Of a stretch of 64,000 nt of DNA, positions 48,974 to 63,167 are shown piece by piece. The notes under the pieces are model-generated. The model was given only the letters and a program-made list of their open reading frames with translations. It was not told where the DNA came from and made no database searches. Origin of the DNA: Tubiluchus corallicola (taxonomy: Eukaryota; Animalia; Priapulida); the NCBI GenBank assembly GCA_030141605.1, contig JAQGDQ010000098.1, positions 310,001 to 374,000 of the forward strand. Reading direction: 5' to 3'. Both the position numbers and the translations under genes were made by a program. The number at the start of each line of letters is the position of its first letter. Positions within the stretch are counted from its first letter, which is position 1.

Positions 48974-49490
48974 ATATGACAAACTGTTTGTTAATTTAAT
49001 ATGTATGACAAACTGTTTGTTAATTTAATATGTAGAAAAGATTGCAAAGCTTAGTTCTTTTGCTTTAAAGTTGCATGTGAATCGAAAACTAATATTGTTC
49101 AACACTAAATTCGCATATCAAACTTTGAAAGTTTACCTGATTCAACATATGGACGAAATGGTATAACGACGGCCACTAGCAACCGGCCAGTGTCCGGCCT
49201 AAGCACAGCTTTCATCTGCTGAAGCAAAGTCGCCGGATACTGACACCTATCCAATAAATTGAGGCAGCTTATGACATCAAACTGACGACGACGATCATGC
49301 CATTCATCTATGCCAAGCAAACTGAAATGAAGAACTGTCTATGAATGTAACCGTTTTATTAAATTCACGTGCAAAGTATTTCATACAAATGTAACTTATG
49401 AATATAATGAAATTTACAAAATTACTAAAGATGTCACTAACAATGAATATAATGAAACTGACAGAAGAATTATTAAAGATGTCACTAACA
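48974..49490 (+). repeat. Two short intronic tandem duplications (29 bp x2 at about 48975-49033; about 45-48 bp x2 at about 49398-49490)
   Basis: tatgacaaactgtttgttaatttaatatg occurs twice; atgaatataatgaaa...aaagatgtcactaaca occurs twice. Confidence 0.85.
49137..49321 (-). CDS. METTL9: METTL9 coding exon 4
   Basis: FDVISCLNLLDRCQYP.TLL...GRLLVAVVIPFRPYVE, phase 2/1. Confidence 0.95.
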
Positions 49491-49889
49491 TTTTTAATAG
49501 TCTTGCAACAAATTCTAAACATCCATTACATGCTGTAATCAAAAGATATTATGCAGAACTTTATGTAATAATAGAAAGATCGGGAAATGTAGCACTGAAA
49601 AATTTAGAACATTGTTTGTACCACCCACTTGTAAATACGTGCTAGATGGAACTATTCCCCACTAAACTTGAATTGCCTTATTTAAGTTAGAATTATGAAT
49701 CGTTTTACATGCGTTTTTCCCTTGTCTTTAAATTTTGTCGTGATATTTACATTTGCTGTGTTGTTGAAAAATTGTCAGTGTTAGGTACTTTTTTATTGTA
49801 ACTCCAACTTTTCTTAACAATTTTGAAAAAAGAAACCCAATTTTCTATTTGGAAACATGCCTTTCTTATGCTTTTTAATGAGAAATAAA

Positions 49890-49962
49890 GCTGGCTGGCT
49901 GTCTGTCTATCTATCTGCCTACTTGCCAGTCTATCTGTCTATCTATCTATTTATCTATTTAC
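49890..49962 (+). repeat. (CTGG)n(CTGT)n(CTAT)n tetranucleotide microsatellite
   Basis: Directly visible. Confidence 0.85.
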
Positions 49963-50670
49963 CCATCAGTTGACACACAGTCCACATTAACATAACTTCA
50001 CATTCAAATGTTTTCGAAACCAGAAAAATGGGTATCAAAAGTCATTAAAATAAAAATAATGGAATACCAAACTAACACAAAAGCATCACACAGTTGAGAT
50101 TTCAAAAAGCGAGTTAACATATTAACTGCAATTTCACACATTCATGGAACCCAAATGCAAAAACAGAAGCTAGTTCTTGTTTATTTAAGTGCTATTATTA
50201 ACTAAAAATTATGTGCATATTGTACACAGTCTTCATCATACGCATAATTGGTAAGGCCTCTGAGCAGGACTGGTGATTTAGGAATAGAATAGAGGTTTGG
50301 GCTCAAGCTGCAAAATTGAAAGGTTTGGACTTGAAACTCAACACTATGGACTTGACTTGACACTCGATGAAGTGATTTGACTCAAGCCCCTGCCAATTTT
50401 TACTGTAAATAACCGGCAATTTTGTTGCACTCCGGAAATTGCAAAAAAGTAAACCCTAAAACACTGATAGGATTTTCCCTCTATTTAAAATCATTTGCAT
50501 AATCTGCATAATTTGAACATTAGTATTAAATTTAGTTTGTACTCTTCCATGTTTTTTAATTTCGTGTGCATAGCTATGAACTCAGTGCTCCTATGGTGCT
50601 GTATCACTATATCTGTTTTTAATTGCTAGAATAAGATTATGTAATATTATCTTTATTTTGTAATGAATAC

Positions 50671-50880
50671 CTAAAACCATGATGCTTTAGCCTCTTCTGC
50701 ATCATCCCAGAAACTTCTGTAGCATAAACTTCTGTGAAATATGGTGCCATGCGCTTGGTAACCTCTCCATCACCCGCTCCTAAATCTAACAGCGAGTTTG
50801 CTCTCCAGGTGGCATTTTGATCAAGCAGCTGTAAGAACTGGTTGCTGGATACGACAAACATGGAACCCCGCCCGATCAGC
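50671..50880 (-). CDS. METTL9: METTL9 coding exon 3 (SAM-binding motif I)
   Basis: LIGRGSMFVVS...LLDLGAGDGEVT...YATEVS, phase 2/2. Confidence 0.95.
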
Positions 50881-53036
50881 CTACAAAAGTATTAACAAAA
50901 AGGAAATGCAATGTGACAGGGTCAAAGCAGAATTAATTGAGAGTTAAAAGCCTAAAATGCATTCGTTTTATTAATGTCCGTAAAATAACCTGCACTGTTT
51001 CAAGCAATAATTAATTTATTATAATTTAAATTGCTGCAGTCATGCTCAATTAAAATTCTAAAAAAATGTATTTGCATATAAGATGCATAATTTGTATTAC
51101 AAAAAATAAAATTTTGTCTAAATAGGCATAGTTAGTAGACTAGATACTGAACAATTTCAGGTAAATCTGTAGAATTTGTAAGATTAACATTATACCGCCA
51201 AAAATATAACCTTGAAATTAGAACACAAAAATGGGCAGCCAGCAGTAGTTACAACTCTCTCTATCTAATAATTTATTCATACTATACAATTCGCATTTAG
51301 ATAAGTTGTAGAGCGATTCTGTTAGCGATTTTAATCTGTCGATGGTTTTCGGCTAAGCTCTAACACTATGGCCCATTTTTCTTTAAAGCTGCTTAAGTGA
51401 AGTAGATCAGTCTGAGCCAAGGATGTATTTACCAATAGACCAAAGAGAATATAGTCTAGGGCACCAGATTTTAGGGACACAGTAAAAAAATTCTCATTCC
51501 TCTCAGAAAATGCGCATCCTTTCATATTCATAATTATAAAGCACGTATTGAATAGCACACCGATGCAATTACTGAGTCCGTTTTCATATAAAATGCACTA
51601 CACCACAAGTGTCCAGCCATATAAGCATTATGCAAATTTAATTTCTCTACAGCATCCTGGCTCAATGATTACCTGTTTAGTGACGCTTCGCTTTAACAAT
51701 TCTGAACTTTTAACTACTTTTTTTCACTTAATGTTTCGTTTCATGCATGTTTCGTTTTAACGACAACTTTTTTACTTTGTTCAAAGCAATTTTTTAACCT
51801 AATTTGAATCAATAAAACAATACTTCTTGCGTTATTTTGTTCTAAAAATGCACTAAACAGTACAATTATTTATATTTTTGTTTCCCGACCGACTGCCAAA
51901 ATTTTGTGCTAGCCATTTGTATCAATCAAACCTTTTTGCAAAATTATACCCCTCCAGGCACAACGGTGCAAACTTTATGGAAATGAATTTTGTCTATAAC
52001 CTGTTGCTATAGGAACCAGTATCTAGTCAAAATTGTTCCAATGCAGTGTTTAACCATTCAGTGCGTAGAGCTTTGAACAACGTTAATGAAAGAGAAACTG
52101 CTAGCTAAGTAGTGCTAAGAAAGACAGGTAGTTGCAAGCAAACAGAACGAAATTAATCAGTAAAAATATGAGCAAACTCATAAAACATTTAATTCAGATG
52201 AATTAAGTATTGGCTTTTGCCTGTGGACTTATTTCAATTATTTTACAGTATTTTCTATGAAAGTCTTGACTTCATTTAACATTTAATGAAGTTTCGCTTA
52301 GCGTTGTGTATTGTTGTAACAATAAGCATACAGGTACTAAGTGCTATAGTACTTCACCACAAGTAATTGTAGATAGTGCTACATATATAAACAACTAAAA
52401 ATCCAAAACAGGGGTTGGAGAGACTAAGTAACTGCCATGGGTGTTGTAACGTCTTGATGCACATTTGTAATACCCCTTTCAAACAAGTAAGATTTATTTC
52501 AACCCATTCTCTGAATCTATTATAAAAACATGTTTTAAGGAACATATTAGTATAAGTGTTATTGCATTTGAGTTTATTATAGTTCCTGAGATTACATTTT
52601 TGTCGAAATTCTGCACCAAATTATTACTTCTCATTAGACATATCTAACTAAAAGGTATAAAAGCTGAATGAGCAGGCGTGAGAGTCAGTGATGCACGCAT
52701 TTTTAAATGAGACCTTGCCTCATCTTAGAAGGTTACTATCATATTGTCTAGTTTATGGGGTGGCTGAGTAATAAAATTATTATGACTACTTCATTGCTAA
52801 GTATTAAAATCTATGACAGGCAGTTGTAAAATTTTTATAAAGTCTTGAGCCAGAGAGATCAGAGACCATAAATCCAGGTATTAGAACTGAATAGAAGTCG
52901 CACAGCCAGTGATTAAACTCAATGTACGTCTTCACTTAGATTATGCCCTACTATTGCAAAATGGAAAAAGCAATACAACAAAAAACATCTCTCAAAAGTG
53001 GGATACGTTTTTGCAATGAACGGAGATTTTCCTTAC

Positions 53037-53227
53037 CCATTAACTGAAGTACTTGTCATGAACCAGCATAAAATAGATTTGAAAACAGAGTGCATTAGCT
53101 GGGTGAAAAACCAATCAGATTTCTCGTAACAATTTTCTATAAAGGCATCTGTTTCGTCATCATAACTGCATCGTGTAAACTTGTCGGATATTTCGGGTGC
53201 CACTGCTTCCACGTTTACTTTATACCA
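53037..53227 (-). CDS. METTL9: METTL9 coding exon 2
   Basis: WYKVN...DDETDAFIENCYEKSDWFFTQLMHS...WFMTSTSVNG, phase 0/2. Not in the ORF track. Confidence 0.92.
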
Positions 53228-54353
53228 CTAAAAAATAAAAAAATTAAACGAACAATTGGGCTCTTTTACTTATTACTGAATGAGATAGAAAAACTGGATG
53301 ATAACCACAATATATTAGTACAGAAAACAGAGTGGACGTAAACAGTTATCTTCCTCCAGAGGCTTCACAGCCAGGATTAAGGAGGCCTACTTATTGATTC
53401 GATAATTATTGAAAAATCATCAACACAGAATTTTTTAGATCCACAACAAGGCATAGAATGTGTTGACTCATCTGTAAGAGTTTAATACAGCATGCACCTA
53501 TGCATTTGCCTAAGAAAATTGCTGGGTTAAAACTATCATTGTTTTTGACACTGCAACTGCAATAAAGTGCATCTGAGAGCCTTGCATTCCACCGATTGCA
53601 CATTGTAACCACCACATGTCACTAAAGTCTGAGGCCAGAACTTAACCCAGAAAGCTGTTAATCGAAACTTAACCTTCAAAGAACTGTAAGTATCACTCGT
53701 AAAGATTTTGAGGGTTACTTTATTGTATTGCTAGGAATAGGAATACAGGAAACAGGATTGCTAGGAAACTAGGAATACATTTTATGTCATCATAATTTCT
53801 GAGAAATCAATTACTTGAGTGCAATTGAAATTAACTGCTGCTTCTTAACATCTTTGGACCTCAGGTGCATTTTTTCACAATTTGAGGTGAGTTAAAGTAA
53901 ATTGTTCACCCTTTCAAAATCCACTCCCACAAAACGTATAGGAGTGGTGGATCATATTTCGGCCACTTAAGGATGTTCGAGTAATTTTTTTGGACTAACT
54001 TCAAACTTCCACATAAAAGAAGGCAGCATACAACTTTTTGCCAGATCTGACAACTGGACACACTGCAACATTTTTAAAAACCCTTTGTGTAATTCGGACT
54101 AGCCTCAAAATAATGATCAAAAGTTGGTAGAAGTAATTTTTAACTAAATTTGCAAAGTAGAGGAGTTTTGATGAGACCAAAGTAACAACTAAGCATTTAT
54201 TTGTAAGAAAAATTGGTATACAAATTCTGTTTTAAAATTTGCCATTTTATGGTTATTGAGAAAAGTGCCAGTATACCAGGCAGTCTCAGAATGGCAAACC
54301 TTTAGAAAGGCATGGAAAAAGGAGAAAACAGTCCAAAACCAAAATAACGTTAC

Positions 54354-54452
54354 CTCAGATTTATCTGCCTTTCTAAGTAATTCATCGTGAATTAGTTTTT
54401 CATACAGTGCTCTAGCCAAGGGACTACGCAGATACGGCTGAGTGCTTCCCAT
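54354..54452 (-). CDS. METTL9: METTL9 protein-histidine N-pros-methyltransferase (DREV1), coding exon 1
   Basis: MGSTQPYLRSPLARALYEK contains the YLRSPLAR signature. gag|gtaacg donor. An acceptor at 54471-54472 implies an upstream non-coding exon. Confidence 0.88.
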
Positions 54453-56519
54453 TTTCAGTTTCTTGCTAAGCTAAAAAACATTACATATTTAAAATTGTAT
54501 AGAAATGTAAAAATACCAATGTAACGCAAACATACAGAGCAAAACATCTTATAATAGATACGACCATAATTGTAATAGGTATAATAAGCATGAATTATAG
54601 AAGGTATTATAGGAGTTTACTCACCATTCTTATACTATATTTTTTCTTTCACTGTCCTCTTTGTTAATGAACTGCAGAGAGGAAAGTTAAATAGACAAGA
54701 TTGAAAAGTGAGAGTGTTTTTTGGCATTTTAGATGCAATAAGTAAGCACCAAAACAGAACGAAATTTCGCCATCAATAAAAATACCTTATTTATAATATT
54801 AAAAAGTTATAAAATTAATGTACCAAATTGAAGTAGCAAAGTTATTATAAAACTGTTTTAACATTTAAGTACATCAGTGTAACTTCGAAAAGCAATTTCA
54901 TTAACATAGTGATCATAACCTGGTTTTATATTTGCAATGTAAAATCTCCAGATTTTCTAACTTTTTTTTGAAAAATTTCCATTTGATTTCCCCTGTAACT
55001 GAAAGGTATGTATTAGAATGATTGTTTTGTGAAACTCACTGATAAGCTATTCACTTACCCTAGTACTATTAAATAATAGCTTAAGTAAACGGGCACTATT
55101 ACTCAGTACATTATAGGCCTAGGCAGAAGTGTTTGTATAAGCAAAACACTGTACTGTTAAAATTATGCCAAAATTTAAATCTACTGAAACCCACATAACT
55201 TCAAAATCGCTATAACATAGGCCAAAGTCATTTATTTCACATAATACATTTACAACAATTATTGCACATACAACAACAGTGAGAGTACATTGAAAGTACA
55301 ATTTTAACTTGCTGCTTGTTTTGTCGTTAAAATAGAAAGGTGCCTCACTCACATCTGCCTACTGTACAGAAGCACTGAGGGACAACCAGAAAGCACAACT
55401 TGCTAGGATGTGCCAATAATGCAAACGTGAAAAAAATGTGATACGAAAAGGAAATTATCAGAAATTTCTTAGAAAAATTACGATATGTCAGTGAAAAGGA
55501 TTCAATTTGTGAGTGATATTGAAATGATACAATGAATGACGCTTATATATGGGATAGCATAAAATTTTGAAAAAGACTATTAATAGCAAAAACATCTGAT
55601 GTAATAATTAGGCATCACAGTTCACAACTGGGGGACCCGTAACCTTGACTGTTTATTGACTAAGCGAGGATGGATAGAGCAAGGAACTTTTAACGCTTAA
55701 TGGTATTTACAAAAAATTTGATTTTTAAACATTTTTTTTAAAATTTATATAATCGATTTGTTGTTTTTTACAGCCTGGCAAGTCTTGTTTCAGACTTTTG
55801 CACTTGAAATATTACAAAAAAAAATGTTTAGCTATAATGGTTCTACAGTGAGGCACAATGTATTGATTATATCTTGTGCTAAGTACTTTCTAAAGATATT
55901 AATTTGACAGGATCTACAAAAAGGTAGTCTGGGCCTATTATTGTATTTATGCGGGAAAAATTATTAAATTAGATCAACCGATTGCGATATCTTGCATTTA
56001 AGGTAAATAACTAAAAGCACTTCTGAGCACTTTCTGTAGGCCATACAATAATCTTAAGTTTGTTCGTTGCACAGTTTTTAAATAACATATTTTAGTCAGA
56101 TATGTGGGACCCAATATTATACTGCAAAAATTTAAATGAGGTAATCTTGCTCAGAATAGTAATCTATGTCAAATTTGGTAGGAAGACAATGATATCCAAA
56201 CTAAGTATTCCAGGTGGCAAGAAAGAATCTGTTCTATCATGAACACATGTTTTATAGAGAAAAGGATAGTAAACAAACAGTAACTTAAAGGTAGTAAGAT
56301 TACAGTCATACAGCAACTAAATTGAAAGACATAAGACTTCTCAGCAGAGCTCTTCAGTGTCTACTTCTGCAATTATATCAAAATATTACGTAATACTAAG
56401 TAAAAGCACAAAACTAAAACTGCTGCTGAAGACCACCCAATATCTGTACACTGTGCAACAAATGCTCAAACTTTACCATGGTCTTAGTATTATTTAAAGC
56501 ATTATTAAATTAACTGAAA

Positions 56520-57790
56520 ATGTCAGGCAAAGGCACACCCATTGGACTGGTACTTTGCGGTATTTCAACGAATAACATCATAGATATAAACAATCGCCCC
56601 GTTACTATATTAGGTCCAGATTTACAGATAGGTACGCTGTTATATGTAGATGATGTATTATCTATTGGCAGTGGAAAATGGTAACTAAAGCTGATGAGAA
56701 TTTTAGAGAAATAGAAACTGAAAACATGTTGTTGTTTAATTTAAAACAAACAAATTATATGGTGAGTAATATGACAAAAAAGCAAAATACAAAAGAATTA
56801 GTACTGGTGGTAAAGAATGAACAAATAAAAAAACAAATGAATATAAATATCTGGGAGACGGGTTTAACACGAAAAATAATTATCATCTGATGTTTGAAAA
56901 AAGGAGAGAAAATGAAATTTATAATAACTGAGGTGTCGGCCATTGGTAGTAAAACAAAAGTTGGCTCTTCTGTAACAGTAGTACATTTAATGTTCTACGA
57001 TAATATGGTTGTTCCATCCATAGCAAATAATAGCGAAACTTGAACTAACCTCACTCAAGCAGAAGTTGATATGTTAGAGAATACTCAAAGAGACGCATTA
57101 TCAAAAATCTTGTGTCAAAAAGCAGTACACCATATTGGGGTATGCAAGCTGAAACTCAGAAATGTCATATGATATGCAGCATAAAATATAAAAAATTAAT
57201 GTACTATCACTTATTAATGAATTCAAATGATGAAAGGTTGGCTAAGCAGGTTTTAAAAGTACAATTAAATAACAATTTTAATAACTGCTAGTATTCTGAA
57301 ATTAAAGATATTATGATAAAATACAAAATTGACCTAAATGTAGTTGATATAAATTCAGTCAAAAATCTCAATGGAAATCTAATTAATTTGCTTACCAAAA
57401 ATAAACTTAAAATTAAAACAGAGAACGTGAAAAAATTACGATTTCTAAAAAACAACAGTTTCCTAAGGCAAGAGTATGTGTTAAAATGTCGTTCAGATGA
57501 GATGAAAGAAATTAAGGCCATAAGGTTGAACATGGTTGATCTAAAAGCAAATTTTAAAAATTTGTATACAGAACACTTGAAATGTTCATTATGTCATTTT
57601 GCAAATGATACTACAGAACATGTTTGATTGTACGTCAATATAAATTAATAAATGGGGATTATCTGTGCAAGACATCAGTGATACGCACATAGATAAATTG
57701 AGAAAAGTTCGATTGTATGTCACAGAGCTGTTGCAGCTTAATGTGTAACGAAAGACAGTTAAACAATAGTAGTAACTGTTGATTGGTGGA
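56520..57790 (+). mobile_element. Decayed, 5'-truncated non-LTR retrotransposon (RT C-terminus plus CCHC knuckle)
   Basis: IGTLLYVDDV (YxDD at about 56643), EYKYLGD and a C-terminal KCSLCHFANDTTEHVFDC. Many stops and frameshifts. Confidence 0.85.
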
Positions 57791-58769
57791 AAAGAAAAAA
57801 AATTGTGTATAAAGTGAACAAAATACGTGTATTTGATCTTGCAAACTTGCACTTTTTATTGGTGTCAGTTTGTTCGCCGATTTGGTGAAGAAGCTCGTGT
57901 GTATCCATTGACGTGTGGAAGGAAGATATCACATGGTTAAACATTCGATTATTTAAATAAATTTTCCTCAAACATTCGAAAATAAAATATTCGAAATTTC
58001 CACCCTTAACATTCGGCCTATGCCAAATTTACAAACAGAGTTGATACTTACACTTACAGCAAGTAAACTTTTTACTGACGAAGCTATTCACCGAGAAATG
58101 ATTACACAAGTATTCAGCAAATAGTAACGAACTATAAAACAGTGTTCGGAAAGTCAGCCAAGTCATTACTGCACATCACTGACCACCAAATCATGTTACA
58201 TCATTACAGATCAAAGATCAAGGTGGCAACTTAAAAATCGCTCTTCAGAAATCTGTGACCCTACTATAAAGATTATCTTTCTAGCAGATACTTCACAATG
58301 CAATTTACCTTGAAACCCGCCAAGTTCCAGTTATAATAAAATTAACTTCACATGACGTCGGTCATGAGAAATTCATGACATTGAAGTTAAATTCTTTGCC
58401 GTCAATGTGGGAAACCTGCTTAGAGATTGCGTGAATTACCCAATGGATGAAAGGATCGTCTACTCGTCGCTACGCCAAGTCCCGCAATCTGATTGCAATG
58501 TTCTTGCACATTTATTTCTTTGCTTAATGCTCATTTTGGGTGCCCAAACGCCATATAAAAGCAGGGAGGGCGTGTCAATTTAAGTAGCCAACATGGCAAC
58601 AAAAATAAATTTTATCATATGTGCAGCTGAATTCCTAGTTTTTGGCCTCTAGGGGCTTTAAGCTTATCATTCCTCACACCAAATCATCAGTATTCGACAA
58701 CTTAAAATCAGGGTCAAAAGAAAACACTGTGTTAGCAGGAAAAATAACACAGCGCAATATAGATGCTGT

Positions 58770-58960
58770 ATGTAGTAAGCAGAGGCTCAAAAAGGTGTAC
58801 AATAGTGAAAGATAGCCCAATGGCTAACTCAATTTTTGAAACAGTTAATGCTCTGAGCCAAATCCTCTTGTACTGGTAAAGCATTCCAGGGATTTACCAT
58901 GCAATTTAAAAAACTTAACCCTCTGTGCTTTAGCAGGTCTGCCTTTGCATAACTTAGTAC
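58770..58960 (-). mobile_element. CR1-like LINE 3' fragment
   Basis: FLNCMVNPWNALP...AQSINCFKN resembles the CR1 end FSNRVVN.WN.LP..V.A.S...FK. Confidence 0.6.
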
Positions 58961-61350
58961 CATGTGGTAGGTTGCTGAACATACTGCTGAAACAGAACAA
59001 TCGAAAACTGTATTACACATTCACTATTCATCATCGTTGACTCCAATGACAATGAACGGTGAATGTGTAACACTATAGTTTTCAATTGTACTGTTTCAGC
59101 GAGCAGAATGAGTGACCACGAGAAATGTAACAAATGTTTAAAATCATTAATAAAAAATTGCAAAAACAGCCTTATAACAGTTCTTGCGTGGATCATCAAT
59201 GCATAATTTACCTGCACGTGGACCGAAAGTTGCTGATTTTTCTTTCTGTTGAACATTCTTTATCTACAAGTATTAATACAATCTCAATTGTTCAGATGAA
59301 AAAGCTAAGATGTTACCTAGTGGCTTCAATGCAAATTAGGATATTCATAGGTTCAAGAAACAAATAACCATTTATAATTATGAAAATGTGTATTATTTCT
59401 ATATAAAGACTCATACAAATAAAGCTTTGCTAAATACAAGCAGTTTGCAACAACAAATACAGCCTCTAATGCATTACTAAGCCAACAGTAATCTTGTTGA
59501 AATAACTTATGGTCGACTATTCTTTACATACTTTTGTCTGGATAATTTACTATTCAACCTGTAAAACAGAAAATGCAATTTTTCTGAAGGTAAAAACAAA
59601 CTGGTAAGAACTTATAATATAATAAGCCAGTAAAGAAAGATAAAAGGAAATATAAACCAGTACCAAATGATAACTTAATCAAATACAACATTAATTTGTA
59701 CATGTAATAAAAATGTAATCATTAAAACTAGTTTAAAGCTAAAATAATATAAGATTTTTGCTGCTCATGCAATAAAACATTATAAATTAAAAATGGTGTA
59801 TATATCAAGTATACTTTTATTGCATTTGTATCCTGCATTTACAACCATAATCTCTTTTACAACCACAGAAAATATAAAATTTCTGCCTATAGACTATTCT
59901 TATTCTGTAAGCTCAAAAAATAATAAATTCAGCCTGTAAAAATGCTCATGATATTTTTGAATATGACAAGCTAAAAAAATCGGCACAACATTTTCTTGTG
60001 CAATGGCAGTTTGTTTTCATATTATAAATACGATCAAACATTTGACTATTTACATAACTGACACAAAACGTAAATCGCACAACACAGCTAAATGTAAGAT
60101 ACACATTGACAACAACATACTATAACAACAAAACAACAAAAAGTAATGTCTGCTAGCTAATATTTCAAGTTACAACACTGTACAACTGGCATAAAAATAA
60201 TTTACAATCTTTCACTGCATTAAAGGTATTTGGCAACACAAATACGGTTTTCTAAATTAAGGTCTGGTTTGCACACACAAAAGAGGAGGATTTGCACGAA
60301 ACACAAGACAGCAAACTTGACTGCAACCCAACATGTTAACTACAATAAATAAATGTAGTTTGAATGCTACATTGTAAGCACAAGTGTAAAGAACTAAATC
60401 ATGAAAATGACATAGTCTACTGGTAACTAAAGCCTCTTATAATTCTTTTTTACTTTACTGGTAGTAAAATAAATGAATATGCAAATGTTTCATTCATGAC
60501 ACAAAAATGTCGACCACGACTACATTTTCACAGAAAACATTCAACTTTCAACTGGTAAAATTCATCACCATAAACTATGGTTTGTGGTGGCCAATAAACT
60601 GTGACTCCAAGTGAGTCCACAACATGAAAAAACCTTGGGTTACAATGAAACATAAACTAATAAGCCTACAGATGAATGTTCTGACATCCTAAAGATAAGC
60701 GAGCTGATGCATCATCAGTTAATTTCTTCATGTATTAGAATGGTACGTTAATGAAAAAATCATCATGTAAAAAAATCACGAAAGTGAAGTAATATTATGC
60801 ATAAATGCTGTGATCATAGTATGAAGTAGTAATTGCATTGCTGATAACTATGCTATAGAACTCACATAAATTTACAAATTCTACAATACCTTTGTACAAG
60901 AAGTGACTAATAATATATTACACACATAATTAATATATTACAAATACTTTATAAGATTGTTGTTTCACTCACAACCACCTTAGCAGTCCCACTGGCACGA
61001 CGCTGATTGACGAGATTTGTTGATATCAAGCACAACCTTTAATATTTTTAATCTTTACGCTCGTGCCCTTTTGATGGAAACTGCTGAGAATCGAGAGTTC
61101 TAGTAAGAAATACTGAATACATGACTGGCATTGGAGGCCTTTCAGCAACACAACATGTAGGAGCTATAGTTCTTGGCACAACACCAACAAATCTGTACAG
61201 ACTTAGACCAACTATTTTTAGATCATTGGCACGATGCCAAAGAATTTGCACAGTAGCAGTCCATTTACTTGACGAATTCTTGACGCGAAATTTGTACAGC
61301 ACAACTTCAATGGTACAACATACGTAATGCCTCTGTACAATATCCAAATT

Positions 61351-61449
61351 TCAACATTCAAATTCTGATGCGGTAATTGCATTAAGGTCTTTCACCAAAC
61401 TTTCCAGATTTGTTATCTCTGTTGAAATGTCTTCTAGACTTCCAGAATT
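61351..61449 (-). CDS. fra: DCC/neogenin/frazzled netrin receptor, terminal exon (P3 motif)
   Basis: NSGSLEDISTEITNLESLVKDLNAITASEFEC* matches P3 (LEGLMKDLNAIT; Frazzled ends ..AITANEFEC). cttttcag acceptor, phase 0. Confidence 0.93.
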   Translation of the reverse strand, partial: NSGSLEDISTEITNLESLVKDLNAITASEFEC

Positions 61450-61673
61450 CTGAAAAGGTTAATCAAGCTTGTCAAATAGTTTTACATAAACTTTGAAAGG
61501 CACCATCAATGCTGAAAATTGAATGTCGATATTTCGCAGCTGAGCTTATGTTCCAAAAACACAGATGAAAAAACATAAAGGAATATCTTTAGCATTCTTA
61601 AAAAAACGTTAAACAATATAAAATTAATTTTTTTATCTTTCTGAAAGGGCAAAGAATGTACATAGATGCTTAC

Positions 61674-61924
61674 ATCAAGTTTTGAAGTTGAATCTACACT
61701 AATGTTTAGTCGATCCTTCCGAGAATTCTGAGATAGGTTATCCTCCTTCCCACTATCATGTGTATCGGATGATGCCTTCCCGTCTGTACTGCGAGCTACT
61801 ACTACAGGCATTGGACTTATTCTTGGTGGTTTACTATAAATACCAGCACTTGACTGACTGTTAGGTGTGCTACTAATTATGACTGTCGGCTTCTTATATG
61901 GACTTGCATTTTGCTGTGGTTTTA
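61674..61924 (-). CDS. fra: DCC/neogenin/frazzled cytoplasmic exon
   Basis: ttccag acceptor, gat|gtaagc donor, phase 1/0. Encodes VKPQQNASPYKKP...SKLD. Confidence 0.85.
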
Positions 61925-62367
61925 CTGGAACAAAAAAATAAATCTGAATAAAAATGGTCATTTGTCACAAGAAAATCAAATTTTTGGAAATACAGATTGG
62001 CTGAGGCTCAAACAAGGTCCGAAACTACCTAACAAAATGGGCTATAAACTAATGTTGACGAATGCAGCAGGATGGGACATCTTCTAAGGTGAGATGGTGA
62101 GCCAACAGTTTCAAACGAATTGCTGCAAAAATCACAACCATTTGTTTATGGTGAACATTTTTCTACAAAAGGCTATCTTCAGTATTCAAATGTAAACAAA
62201 CAGTGAAAACAATTGATGAAAATTTTTCGGAACAAACTAATTACTAATGAAATAAATGATGCCTGGTGCATGCAGAAAAGGATATCAGTCCGTTCCATGG
62301 TTTATCTATATATTTTTGCTGATTTTGGTAAGTTCTTATGACCCTAAGGTTACTAGTAAACACTCAC

Positions 62368-62465
62368 CTATGTGTTTTGGTGTTGGTGTTCTTGGCACAG
62401 TGCCTTCAGGAGGTCCTGGCACACTAAAACTTTTTAAAGGATGCAACGGCCGATGAGGAATCGAC
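62368..62465 (-). CDS. fra: DCC/neogenin/frazzled cytoplasmic exon (P2 motif)
   Basis: SIPHRPLHPLKSFSVPGPP resembles neogenin HPLKSFAVP. Phase 2/1, g|gtgagt donor. Confidence 0.9.
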
Positions 62466-63037
62466 CTGAAAAGTATGTTGAGAATGACAAATACAGCGCA
62501 AAATAACCAAGTTAAAACATATATGTAGTTTGCTTAGGCATCTATGTCATAGAGCAATATCTATGCAGCAATAACAGCTCTACAACTATAAAAAAGAAAA
62601 ATTGGATAAGTTGCAAAATTCTGAATTACCACATTTTTTGTGTTTACAAATGTGCAGATTCTGTTATGGGTTACACAACTTATGTTATGGTTCCGTAACA
62701 ACCTAAATCAACAGCAGCACTTCGGGCACAAATACACCAATAGCTGTACAAATTCGCAGAGTCCCAAGCAAAATTATTTCACGTTTTAAAATGCAAGACA
62801 GTTTCTTAGATAAGTCAGTTTGAGAAAGTTAAGCGGAGCAGTAAACAGTGCATGTACACCATATTAATTATATGGTAACCTTAACGTGATTAGGCTGCTC
62901 AAATCACACATGTAACACACAGCATAAACATAATAAGCTAAACCTCAGTAATATAGTGCCTATTGATATATGAGCTAGATGAGAAAAAATTACTGCAGAC
63001 GAATAAATAAGCTAGATCTCCATTAATCATATAGTAC

Positions 63038-63167
63038 CTGTTGGTGTCTGAGCTGTAACCAGACGAGGAAGAATGATTGTGAGGAGGAATAGGTAAATTC
63101 ACAGCCTGATCGTATGGCATCGGTGGCTGACTGTAAACTCCAGTCGATGGAGTTGTCGCTGGCAATT
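63038..63167 (-). CDS. fra: DCC/neogenin/frazzled cytoplasmic exon
   Basis: ctgcag acceptor, ag|gtacta donor, phase 1/2, Pro/Ser-rich open frame. Confidence 0.78.

Noticed and set aside
56678-57627. 70-104 aa ORFs as a host gene
   Set aside because: They are fragments of a frameshifted LINE reverse transcriptase ORF.
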